This document shows, in pieces, positions 1 to 11,603 of a DNA stretch of 64,000 nt. This DNA is from Camelus dromedarius (taxonomy: Eukaryota), in the NCBI RefSeq assembly GCF_036321535.1, contig NC_087437.1, positions 76,758,001 through 76,822,000 of the forward strand. The letters run 5' to 3'. Each line of letters begins with the position of its first letter. The stretch's first letter is position 1. The position numbers were made by a program, and so were the translations under genes. Below the pieces are notes generated by a model. It had not been told where the DNA came from, searched no databases, and worked only from the letters and a program-made list of their open reading frames with translations.

Positions 1-1681
1 CAAAAACTATGATCAACAGTCTCCATCATTTCCAATCTGATTGCCTCAGGTCCTTGTATTACAGGTGAACATGTGGATCACAGGTAGAGGATTGTGTGTT
101 GTGACTGGGTGAGGATGCTCATTTTCTCTGTCAAGAACTCCTATGTCAATGTTTTTTATTTTCCTTCAGGAAATGAATATTCACCTTTTTTTTTGGGCCA
201 TAAAAACAATTTATATCCATGATTTTATGTTTATTATATATAGACCAGTGTCTTGTCAAATACACACACACATTTACACACAGACAATTATAGGTATTGG
301 CATACATAGGTTTATTTAGTTAGGTCATGGTAACATTGTTTATGGAGATTTTTGTGGAGATGAAGTGATTGAAAATGTAGGGAAAAGTTGTGGCCTTATT
401 TCAAGACAGATTGGATCAATAATTCTGAAGACAAAACTGTAGCTATTAGTAAGGCTAAAACCTTGAGAAAAACAGAATCTTTCAACTTTAGGTCACAAGT
501 AATAAGAATACATTGTTTTGCAGTCTTTGGATGGTTTAAAGTTTTGAAGGTTTTGCAGTATAAGTACGTCTCCACTGTTTTGTCAGATAACAGACTCATT
601 ATGCCAGAGATGAAGCAATGTATTCAATGAGGTTTATGACTTCTTTGAACTCTCTTTCTTCTTTCCTCAGATATGGATCAAAACCTAGAAAGGTGACTCT
701 TGTTTCCTCTGCCTCATTACCCTAAAACTGTGAAGAAGATTTTAAGGTTGTAAATTCCAGATATGAATATCTCAGAGGTCAAATTTCTCTAACTGAAAAT
801 TACATCACAGGACAGTAACACATGAGCCAGCAACTCAGATCTATGTTTCTTTACTTAGATTTGTTTACTAAGGAAAATTATGGCAACTGCTATGACTTCA
901 GAAAGTCCAGCCTCAGCATTTGAGAGCATTTAGTGTTTAGCCAAGTGGCAGAGCAGCAAACTCATTTTAAGTAAGATATTTAAAGAAGAAAGAAATGTCA
1001 TATGTCATCAGCTGGCATAATTTAACTTGCAAATCAGATATTGGCAAGAGCTAGTTGGCAGCAGATGGCTGAACTCTTCTTTGTTTCAGACCCCAAACCT
1101 ATCCTTTCCCATTTTGTGTTGGAAATCTAATTAAAAGCCTTTTTATCACCATCAGATTAATTATAAACATGCCTTTTTATCTGGTAGGAAATTGACCTGT
1201 GTTTAACAAGCTTCCCTCCAAACCCTCTATTTTCCAAGATTTTCAAGAAGAATTTTTTTCCAAGCTGACTTATTCAAACTAAATCTACCTAATCTTTATA
1301 TCTTAAACCCCATGAGCTACTACTTAGGCCAAATATGAGTTGATTTATTTACTATTTAGAATATAAACTGCTATTAATATAAAAGTACTTGCAAATTTAA
1401 TTTCTCTACTTCTAGTTAGTTTGATGAAATTCATTGAAAGACAACTTTCTTCTGACTAAATACCTACCATGGCCAATAGAATCTTACAAAGCTTAATTTT
1501 GAAGTCTTTTATCATATGGTGGTACAATTAATATCAGAAAGAAGGACATATGTTTCATTAACTTGCCTGTTACTCTATGAGTTTATGATGTGATAACTGA
1601 CATTTCTGAGCCATCTGTTTCTATATGACATAATATAAACCATACATGCCAATGGACTGAAGTATTTTGACTTAGTAAATC

Positions 1682-2237
1682 TGTTACTGTAAAAGGGGAA
1701 GAGAAAAGACCCCAGCTCTTGTCATACCTGGAAGATAAGAATTCAGACAGGAGACACAACATTGTGTAGCAAAAGATTTTAAAGGATTCATTTAGCAAAG
1801 GGAAAGTATACCTCCAAGAATGGGAGGCAGGCTGATCCAAGGGAGGACAAGTGGCGGTCTTTGTTTGCCCCTTCTCTTACATCCTCACTTAGAGGTGGTC
1901 TTTTGATTGATTGAGGCTCTTGCCCCTGGAATGCTTAGTCTTGTATATCCTCTTTGCACACCTCCTTATCCATGATGCATACAGAAAAACCCATGAGGGT
2001 GAGGGCTAAACCACAATGCTGATTATTTACAATGAGCATTGGGTCCATCTGGTTAGGTCCTTCTTGCTACCACGCAGTTGCAGCTGGCAGGTTCTAACTG
2101 GTTTCTTGGTGGCACTCATTTAGAGGAAGTGAATGAAGCCCCTTTATGCTGGAGGTGGGCATAACACCATTTTCCGGACCATCCTCCCTCAGCTCCATCT
2201 GTTTCCCTGGTGCCCTCACTTATCTAACTACCTAACA
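1682..2237 (-). mobile_element. ERV1-class solo LTR (556 bp)
   Basis: Termini TGTTA...TAACA form an inverted repeat, flanked by a perfect 4-bp TSD AATC (1678-1681, 2238-2241). A 4-bp TSD is typical of ERV1. Orientation is inferred from the U5-like left end. Confidence 0.88.
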
Positions 2238-2436
2238 AATCCGAAGGTATTTGCTCAACTTTTTGATAAATATTAGGTTAGTTCTGAACAAATAATTTTG
2301 TCATTATTAGACTAATTCTTGTAGTAATATTGTACATTTCAAGAAAAGCTAATGTTATAAAAAGGGGTAAGGATGAGTGACTATTTTCTCAATATATAAA
2401 GGAACTGTGTGGTTTAAGAGAGAAAGAGAGATATCT

Positions 2437-4347
2437 GGGATTTACTTAGGATATAGAAAGCTGGAAAGAGTATCATTCCTACCCTTACAATAAAAAATAG
2501 AGCTAATCTGCAAATTCACAATTGTCTTTGGGCTTATCAGAGAGCTAAGGCAATCAACTAAGCCAAAATCTAAAGACATTCTTCTAAAAGGAGAAACAGA
2601 ATATGATCAATTTCTGTACCCCATACAAGCTGTTCATAAGAATTCAACTAAAATATCCTACAAATTACTTATGGCTCACTTTGGGGTAGGATGAGTGTAA
2701 AGAATCCCTGGGAATTGCATTCACAAGGAGAAGTTGCACATATTTGCGTATCTCCTCCATAGACTTCATCATTTACTCACAAGGGTGATTAGGTACAGAG
2801 TGGGAGACCTGAGAAAATCTCTATCTTGGTGCAGGTATGGGAGAGGGGAAAAACAGCTGTAAAAGGTGTAAAGTCTCACTGAGAACCTTGTCTCTTGTCT
2901 TCTCTTTGGAGTACTTAAGCTGCTATGGAAAGGGCAAAACCCACTGCTGTCCTCAGGCCAGAAGTAAACATCCAGTGCAAACAGATGAAGGAAAAAACAA
3001 AACACACCCTGCCCTTTTGGGAGGGACAGGAAAACACCCTGAGCTCAGATCACTTAGAGCTCTCCCTTTGAGGGAAGAGTATGACCACAAAAAAGGGCTC
3101 ATTCCCAAGATCTGGACACACAGTGCCTTCCTCAGATTGAGGTTGAACCAGAACAACAGAGAATGACTTCCTCTTCCCCTTCCTCCCCGCATCTTTATCA
3201 GGCTAGCCAGTGATTTGTAACAACTATCAGCTGTATGATGCTGAGAGAAGGGTAAAGAGAGAGATCTTTTCTCAGGCATGTAGGAAAAAATCTAAAACTA
3301 GGGGGTGAGCAGACCTTGAGAAAAAATTTTACAAAAAAGTATTCCTCACTCTTAAGTACAAGTTAAAGCCAGATGAATTTGAAGCTTGTGGTGCCCTGAG
3401 GGTAACAGCTGAAACCAAGATAACAAAAAATAGACTCAGCTCAATTCCTGACTAGACTGACACAAATGCTTACAATCGAAAGAGAAAAGGCATGCCTATT
3501 TCCAGTTATAATTACTGTTTACACTCATCTCTACTGTGCCACACAAGATATTTAGCTTTCAGCTAAAATGCAGGGCATACAAAGAAGCAAGGAGGAAAAA
3601 AGCAAAATATACTGTCAAGAGACAAAACAGTCAACAGAACCAGATCAAATATCCATATTTTGGAACTGTCAGACAGGGAAGTTAAAATAAGTGTGAATAA
3701 TATGACAAAGATTCTGGAGGAAAATGTGGACAAGATGTATGAATATAGAATTTCAGTTGAGAAAGAGCCAAATGCAAATGGAAGAAATTAAGAGTATGGT
3801 TATGGAAGAGTGCCTTTGATAAATTCTTCACTAAAATCAGTACAGTTTAAAAAAAAAGAAAGAAAGAAAAGAAACACTAAACTTGGAGATAGGTCAAGGA
3901 AAAATTTCCAAACCAACAAGCGTGAGAGGAAAAAACCATAACAATTCATCAAAGAACTAAGGGGCAGTATTAAATAGTATAAAATAAATGCAGTTGGAAT
4001 CATAGAAAGAGAAGAAAGAGAGATTGAGCAGACATCAATAAAATTAAGAATAGAAACACATGAGAGAAAATAAATGTGTGCAAAAGCCAATTCCTTGACA
4101 ATGTCAATAAAATTGATGAGCCTTTAGTCAGGTAACCAAGTAAAAAGAGAGAAGACACAAATTGCAAATATTGTAATGAAAAAGGATATATTGCCACAGA
4201 CCCTATGGAGATTAAAAGAATAAGCAGAGACTGCTATAAATAATTCAGTGCACATGAGTTTAACAACTTATATAAAGTGGACAGATTTCTTGAATGATAC
4301 AAACTGGCAATGATCACTCAAGAAAAATAAATAATCTGAGTAGATCA
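2437..4347 (+). mobile_element. Ancient L1M (L1MD/L1M4-like) 5' region, ORF1 remnant and ORF2 remnant, internally deleted
   Basis: A-rich strand with L1M 5'-end-like start. ORF1-like 'ttggaactgtcagacagggaagttaaaataag' at ~3660. ORF2-like 'aataaaattgatgagcctttagtcag...gagaagacacaaattgc...acagaccctatggagattaaaag' at 4105-4220. Confidence 0.75.
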
Positions 4348-4789
4348 AAAAACCTCTATAGATCTCTATATATAGAATACATCTGTATCTTTTAAACAAC
4401 CTGCTCTTTGATCCAGAGAAGAACACTGTCTCTCTCTTCCATGTCTGTTCATTATAAAAATATTCTTGAAAGACAGTATGGAACAAAGACAGTAAGTTCC
4501 TCTGCTTATAAGATGTGAAAAAATGCAAGAGATCCATGGAGAATCAACTCCTAACAGGATTTGTATAACTTTGGGATGGTTGAAATTTTGTAAACTCTGG
4601 TTCTCCTCATGTCTTATTGTAAAAGTTCCAAATGAGAAACTGAGAGCTTAGTAATTTTCTAGGTCCCCTGTCTGTTGGATGGTCTTCAACAACAATTTCT
4701 GTCTCTTTAGCAGTGGAATATTATTGAAAACTTAATTCTGCATTTCAACTATTTTCTATTTAGCTTAATTCCTTGCTTCATGTCATTTA

Positions 4790-5360
4790 ATTAAATATAT
4801 CAAAGCAAAACCTGCAGCATCTGGCACACTTTTCTGGATCTCACTTCTCTCCAGGATCTGGGATCCTTAAATCCTGGATACAGCGGCAGCCCCATTTTTG
4901 TGTGTGTGTCTTTTGTCCCATGAGATTATCCAAAGCACTGTTGACTTCCCTACTCCATAACAGGAATCATGAGACTCCTGGATGAGAGTTAAAAGACAGT
5001 TTCTTTTTGCAGTGGGCAGTGTATCATAGCACAGTTTTCTTATTCTAGTTCTCTAGACCCTGTCACTCAGAGGTGTACACAGAGGGGAAGTTGACACCTG
5101 CACACACAGAGGGGTGTGTAGTTCCCTGACTTAATTCTTAGCATTTAGACTCACTACAAGAATTGTCTGGTGGAAAAAATGGCCAACAGAACGTCTGCTC
5201 ACCTCTCTGTGGTTCCAGTGTCCCTGTGATTTTGGCTTCTTAAGTTCTGGTAGCTTCAGCCGGTCTCTGATGCCTTAAATCAAAAGGTTCTTTATTTTCC
5301 TTTTATCCAGTTCTTCTTCTTATTCCTGAGAAGAGTACTGGTTTCTGCAAGCAATTTCAC
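4790..5360 (-). mobile_element. Degenerate L1ME/HAL1-like 5' region, possibly with an LTR fragment at ~4960-5130
   Basis: Resembles old L1 5' ends ('tttatccagttcttcttc...ctggtttctgcaagc'). Highly diverged. Confidence 0.35.
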
Positions 5361-5904
5361 CTTAGGTTCTTGCAGGATTCTTCAGTTTGGTCACACTTGG
5401 AATTTTATTACACATATTAGTTTCTTACTTATTTTCTGTCTTCTTCTTTAGGAATGTAAGCTCTGTAAAATCAGGTTACATCAGTGCCTTGAAAAGCACA
5501 TGGTAACATTCAGTGGTAAAAATTCAGTATAGTAAATAAATAGACAGCTGGATTCATTTAAGTGAGAAATAATAAAATCATAGTTAAAAAAAATTCTAGC
5601 TGGATGTCTACTGTCATATCCAGTAGTTTCTACTTATACCTATATTTCTGTTAGTATATATTTTCTCAGTAAAAATAGTTCGTAATTATAACACATAGGT
5701 TTATTTATGCACAGATATGCTTTAACTAGGAAGAGATACATAAATGTTCTGTGAGTTTGGAAATAGTTACGTTTTCCTCTATGACCTAAAAGATAGTGTA
5801 AATAAATGGAGATTATTTTATGCACACACCCTGTTTCTTTCCTTCCTGATAGAGTCCTTTCTGCTCTCTGCAGCTTCACACTTGCTGCCTTCTTTTTGAT
5901 CAAA

Positions 5905-6170
5905 AATTGCACTTACTTTGGATCCAGTTTAAAAAATCACCTTTTATAGAAAGTCTTCTGAGACTTTTTCATGGTGACTCAGTTATTCCCATCGCCCTGC
6001 TCCCACAGCTCTCTGTGGGTTCTTCTGTTACAGCTCTTACTACACTATCTTTTAGTTAATTGCTTACATGTCTGGGTTCCTACCTGATTACTGAGCTCCT
6101 TTCATAAATATCTTCCTATCTAGCACATGGGCAGGCACATAGAAGTACTTTAGAAAATGTTAGTTGGGTG
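5905..6170 (+). mobile_element. L2 3' end
   Basis: 'ttacatgtctg...actgagctcc...tctagcacatgggcaggcacatagaagtactt' matches the L2 3' terminus pattern. Confidence 0.6.
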
Positions 6171-7396
6171 CTTTATTAAACTTAGAACGTTATCTGTCTT
6201 AGGAGGACACACATTTAAAAAAGACAACAAGATGAAACAAATTCTGGAATTTGGCGAGCAATTGGCTGTATATGGAAGCCTCTTGGGAGAAGGGGAGGCC
6301 TTCCCAGAGCCACTTGACTCTATTATGTTTCTTCATGAACTTACACACTTTAATCCTTTTTCACAACTAATATCCTTGGAATTGGCCTTGATTTTCTGGG
6401 GGGCGGAGGTTGTCATCTAAATGGTATGATTTTAAGAGAACCAGCAAGATTTTCCTCCTTCCAAGTCTTCCCTGTTTATGTTTGGAATTCCACAGATAGT
6501 GATTTACTGCCTTGTTTTAGCTCTGCAGTCATACTGTAGACTTACCTTAAAACAAAAATACTTTTATGTCGGGACATATTTCAATTTATTAAGTAGATAA
6601 TTTCTCTTTGAGATAGAAGAAATCTGGTCAGGTGAGACCATGCATGTCTGGAGAGGGTATGAGCAGCAGAAAGGGTAGAACAGAGAAAGCAAAGGTGACG
6701 AAAGGGAAACCGAATGGTGAGTTATTGGTACCTTTGTCAAAAATGTTACCTTCCCTTGAGGTGCTATTTTTATATTGTATTTTCCTAATCTGCCAAAATA
6801 AGTCACTAATGCAAATAATGCTCTACATATCTCCTTAAGTCTTAATTTAATAGAATATTCTATGGCTCAGATGTTGAGAAAGTTGGGGTTTTGAAAAAGC
6901 ATGTGAAGGTCATTTAATACGAGAACGAATTTACAGAGACATGAAAATACCCCAGTATTTTTTTATTCTGATTTAACTATTCAAATCACATGTAAAGAAT
7001 AGGCATTTTATCCCATTTTTGCTCTTATTACCACCAAATGGTGAAGATTTTAAGTTTTAATGCAGATAATCTATTTTGGTGTACTTTTCATAGCTTGATG
7101 GCAGTTTAAGTATTTTAGACCATGAGTCCTTCCATTTGTTTTGATGCTGCTCTATACTTGTAAAAGAATATGCTTTTGTTACCAGACTGCTGTTTCTCAC
7201 CAGTGGTATTTAGAGGCTGTGGATACAGGTAAAAGGATGGTGATGCTAGGCTTATTTAAGGTGGCCACAACCAAAATTAATATCTATAAACTCTTTCTCT
7301 ATATGTGCTTACAATATCGAACCATGTATTCCAAATATATGATTAAATAATCCTTTGCTTCTGTGAAAAAATATATTTATATTTTTGCATTAATGA

Positions 7397-7992
7397 GTTG
7401 TCACCTCACACCTGTTAGGATGGCTATCACAACAACAAAAATGATAACAAGTGTTGGCGAGGTTGTTGAGAAATTGGAACTCTCGGGCACTATTGATGGG
7501 AATGTAAAATGGTGCAGCCACTATGGAAAACAGGATGGAGAGTTCTCAAAAAATCAAAAATAGACTACTGTATGATTCAGCAAACCCTTTTCTAGCTAAA
7601 AGAATTGCAATCAGAATCTCAAGGAGATAATCTTTATTCCCTTGTTCACTGCAGCATTATTCATGATAGCCAAGACATGGAAACAACCCAAATGCCCAAA
7701 TAGATAAAGAAAATGTGATATGTATGCACACTTAAAATTTAAGAGGGCAGATTTCATATTAAGTGTTCTTACTAAACACATACATACATACGCAAAAACA
7801 GAGGGGCACAAAAAAACTTTTCGAGGTGATGGACATGGTTATTACCTTAATTGTGGTGATGGTGTCCCAAGTGTTTGCCTATGTCCAAACTCATCAAACT
7901 GTATACATTAAATACTTGCAGTCTTTTAAAAAATATGTATCAATTATACCTCAATACAGCTGTGGGGAAAAAAAGAATATGGTTTAAAAAAA
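7397..7992 (+). mobile_element. L1MA9/L1MB-like 3' end (ORF2 C-terminus plus 3' UTR)
   Basis: Peptide HLTPVRMAI...VGEVVEKLE...GNVKWCSHYGK matches L1 ORF2 C-terminal sequence. 3' UTR 'gaggtgatggacatggttattaccttaattgtggtgatgg' and A-rich end. Confidence 0.9.
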
Positions 7993-8117
7993 GAGTTTAT
8001 CTAACAGTGGAACGGTGAAGCTAACCATCCAGGGGATGTAGGTACTAAGCCAAGGGCCGTTTCCCTGCCTCCCTGGTAATACACGGGACTTAAGCTCACT
8101 TCATTCTTACCCAGTCT

Positions 8118-8255
8118 GTTTGCTTTCCTGAGGGAGCACTTAGGAGCTCACCACACTCGCCACCAGCAGGAGGCAGAAGGGTGTAGTTTGCTTTCCTGAG
8201 GGAGCACTTAGGAGCTCACCACACTCGCCACCAGCAGGAGGCAGAAGGGTGTAGT
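8118..8255. repeat. Perfect 68-bp tandem duplication containing a CTCF-like motif
   Basis: 8118-8185 is identical to 8186-8253, with 2-bp GT microhomology at the junction. Confidence 0.98.
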
Positions 8256-8463
8256 GGCTGAAGATTTTGGCTTTTCATAACTCATAGGGAGCCTTCGGCA
8301 AGAAACCAACCCCAGATACTCTTCTGTGAAGGTGAGGTTAAAAAAAAAAAAAAAAAAAAAACCTACCTATAAGTTTGTAGTGACGGTTAAATTAGATAAT
8401 GTACACAAAGTACAATGTTGGCAGGAGACAGACATTTCATAAATAGTAGTTGCCATTATTATT
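8243..8463 (+). mobile_element. MIR remnant containing a poly(A) run
   Basis: 'acctacctataagtttgtagtgacggttaaattagataatgtacacaaagt...tagttgccattattatt' resembles the MIR 3' half. Confidence 0.55.
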
Positions 8464-10299
8464 GTGGTTAATGGGACACTATTTCCCCCTCCTCATATCT
8501 CCACAAAGGAGAGAGAACTAACAGTTCACTCTCCTAGAGGAAAACTTATGCTAGGTTTATTCTGTCTGTCCTCTCTGTTCAGACCTACCCGTGGATGGAC
8601 TGAAAGAAGGGGTAATTTTATATTAGGGACATTCAATTCCTAATGTGTCTGGCCCAACTCCTTCTTACTTTTCAGGGCCTGTTTGCCAACAGGGCATAGA
8701 ATTCTGGTACTCCCTCCACCAAGCCTGCCTCTTCCTCGCTATTGTTCAGTTAATTAGTCTAATTTAGGATGGAGTCTAAACTAGCTCATTTCACTGCAGA
8801 TCTTGAGCCATATTCTGAAGTCAGCTTTATCAGTAGTAAGTGTGACAATCTTATCTCCATCTGTCTCACTTTCCTTTCTCTGGTTTGAAGTTGAACACAG
8901 AAACTGAAAGGGTTATTTATTTGCCCCCCTTACTCCCTCAAGTTTTCATTTTCTAAATTATTGCTGTGTCCTTCAGTGCTGATAACTGAGTTATCACTGT
9001 GGAATTTCTTTACATTTTGAGCCTTAGGCATTGTCTCTCCATCTGCTGGCTGCCACCTTGCCAGGCAATAGCCACTGCCCCTGTTGGACTGCTTCCACGA
9101 AAGCCTCTGGCCCTGGTGCCATCACAGCTGCAGGCTGATGTGGGAGTTGGTGCTGCCTTAGACACTTTCTCAGTGTTTCCTGCTGCCCCTTCCACTGCTG
9201 CCATCACTGAGACATGCATGCCTTGTGTGACCAGGATCAGGAAGGCACATGTCGTGCTGCTTAAGAAATAGTATCTTTTGGTCCCAGATACCATAGGTAG
9301 GCCCTAGGGGCTCTCTTCTGCAAAAGAGGTAAGACACTTCTCAAATACTCAGGATACGTGCTGTGTCTAATCTACCTACACTGTGAGAATGCTTACTTTT
9401 CAATTCCCACGTAGATTTCTCCCTTGCCCAATGTCCAGGCTTCCTCCTTAAAAGCACTCTCATATTGAGTATGAACACTTACTCCTTCCCTTTTAGTGAT
9501 CTTCCCCTCTAGAGTGAGAAAAAAAAATCCTTTTCTCAAGATTTGGCTGACAGCTGCTGAAATGAATACCCCAGTCAGAGATTGTGTGGCTGGAGCAAAT
9601 GCATATTGTCAGTCATGCAGGAATTCCTTGGCCTGTGTTTTGTGCAAACAGCTGCTGCGTTTTCGGTTTTGAACTCGGCAGATCTTATTTTAAATATGCA
9701 TTGCCAAAAATTATGGCTCATTACTGTATTTTTCCTTCTCCCAATTCGAAAAGAAGAAAAGGTCAAATAGAGAGCTAAAGTGGGGTCAATGGGAGTTGAA
9801 CCTCTAGCAAATGACACTATTTACTTAACAGTATCAGATGGTTTGGGGGTATTCTTGTGGCCCCTTTTATATTTATAATTATGTGTATATTTGTATGTGT
9901 ACAAAATGTATGTATGTATGTATTTATGTAGAAAATCAGTCTGGTTTTAACAAAGTAGACAACCGTGAAATTAATGGTTTTGATGATTTACTAATACCCA
10001 GAGAGATTTCTAGTCTAGTAAACTATATGATCTCTTACAACATTGTAATAGTGTTTAGTTCCTTTACTAAAATTTCTTATATCAGGCATTGCTCTTACAA
10101 TTATTCCCCACCAGTTGATTTACATGTCTCATTACAAAAATGAGGAAGAGAATTTATACCTGGGGCTCAAAAGTCCCCATTCTTTTTTATTGTCTTTGAT
10201 TTTTGGTAACTGTTACAGCTGTGGACATACTTCTGGTGGTCTGCATTACCGGACCTCTTTTGTCTCTTCCTTCCACTGCACTCACCATATTACCATTGG

Positions 10300-10810
10300 T
10301 GATACAGATCAATATGTAAATCTGACCATGTCACACTTCCCGGTGTTCAAACTCTTGCTGGTTCCTAATTTCCCGCAGAATAATTCTCCTACTCTTTATC
10401 TTAGCTCTTCAACATCTAATGTAAAACTCTTTCCAGGCTTCTACCCTGGAGCTCCTCTTTGTAGCCTCTTCCCTACTTCTTCCTCATCCATTCCTTCCCT
10501 GATAACCATACTTCTAATTAAATGCTCTTTTGAAACATATCATGCACTTCCATGTCTCTGGGAATTTCTTCTTGATATTCACATCGCACATTACCTGTAG
10601 ATTCCTTTCTCTCCCTTGTCTGCTTGGAAAATTCATACCCATCCTTCAGGCTCCAACACAAGTAATAGCTCCTTATGAAGTCCTCAAATTAATTGTGTGA
10701 TAATTCTTTCTTTGCATGTTTGTCTGACCAACTAGTTGTGAGCTCTTCAAGGGTGAAGATTATATTTTATTCATCAAATTTCTTCCCCAAACTTATGCCC
10801 ATTGTATTGG
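10300..10810 (+). mobile_element. L2 fragment
   Basis: 'aaatctgaccatgtcac', 'aaattcatacccatccttcaggctccaa' and 'gttgtgagctcttcaagggtgaagattat' are L2 landmarks. Confidence 0.65.
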
Positions 10811-11273
10811 AGCAAGAGGAGGGAGAGAAGAACAGATATCTGTCTCCTTATACAACTGCCTGCAAAGATACTGCTTCCTCTTTCTGTTTGTCATCACAAC
10901 AGGTCTGAATTGGTGCCTAAGAGCCCAGCTTGTGTGGGTAGTCGTGGCCTCAACAGACCTGACTGCTGAGGCATTCAGACCTAAGCCGCTCCCTGAGGTA
11001 GTCTTAGCTCTCAGGAGATTCTTCCTCATCTTCTGGCTGACCCTAGCTGGTGGTGTCTTGCTCGCGCTCTTTTCCCCTGGGGGTAAACTCTGCCCTGCAT
11101 TTGGTCCACAACTGGAGCTGAAGGCTCTGGTCTCACCTTCCTGCTGGGGCTCAGCGGTGTGGACCAAAGGCATTGTCTGGTTTACTCAGAAAAGCTGCTA
11201 CTTCCTGCAGCTTCCTGGCCTCCTTTTTCCTTGGCCGATCTTCCAGGCCCTTTCTCTTCAATGTAAATAAAAA

Positions 11274-11460
11274 CTTCATAACAACTCTATGAAGTGTATA
11301 CTATTATTAACTCAACTTTACAGAAGATGAAACTGTGGCATAAGACACACAAAGTCAAAGAAAAACAAAAAAACCCCAAAAAACCCCCAACAGGATTTAA
11401 AACCAGACAGACACTAGAATCATGACACCAGAGTCCGTGAGCTTAAGCAGTGCACTGTAG
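11274..11460 (-). mobile_element. MIR
   Basis: Reverse MIR core 'tttacagaagatgaaactgtggca' and 'ggatttaaaaccagacag'. Confidence 0.7.
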
Positions 11461-11540
11461 AGCCTTTTGTGTTAAACCCCATGCTCAGAATGGGAGATAA
11501 ATTAATATATGCTTATTGCCTACACGATAGCTTACACATG

Positions 11541-11572
11541 CATATACACATGAATATATATATATATATTCA

Positions 11573-11603
<31 letters not shown>
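11541..11603. repeat. (TA)n microsatellite with a 28-bp perfect palindrome
   Basis: acatga(at)8tcatgt at 11548-11575 is self-complementary. Confidence 0.9.

Noticed and set aside
650..698. Possible 22-nt micro-exon (cag|ATATGG...AAAG|gtgact)
   Set aside because: Isolated splice-like signals with no partner exons. Expected by chance in 64 kb.
8118..8255. Direct repeats as a CRISPR-like array
   Set aside because: Two abutting copies with no spacers, in eukaryotic DNA.
8975..9000. Short hairpin resembling miR-101 arms (gataactgagttatc)
   Set aside because: The stem is far too short and there is no full mature miRNA match. Partial let-7-like (14724) and miR-9-like (25483) strings also fail.
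8999..9294. Opposite-strand 90/94-aa ORFs in a GC-richer patch
   Set aside because: No homology that I can recognise. It may be an old LTR, but I cannot support a call.
10115..10600. 161-aa ORF
   Set aside because: Mostly within a pyrimidine-rich L2 fossil, with a non-ATG start and low-complexity Ser/Leu/Phe content.
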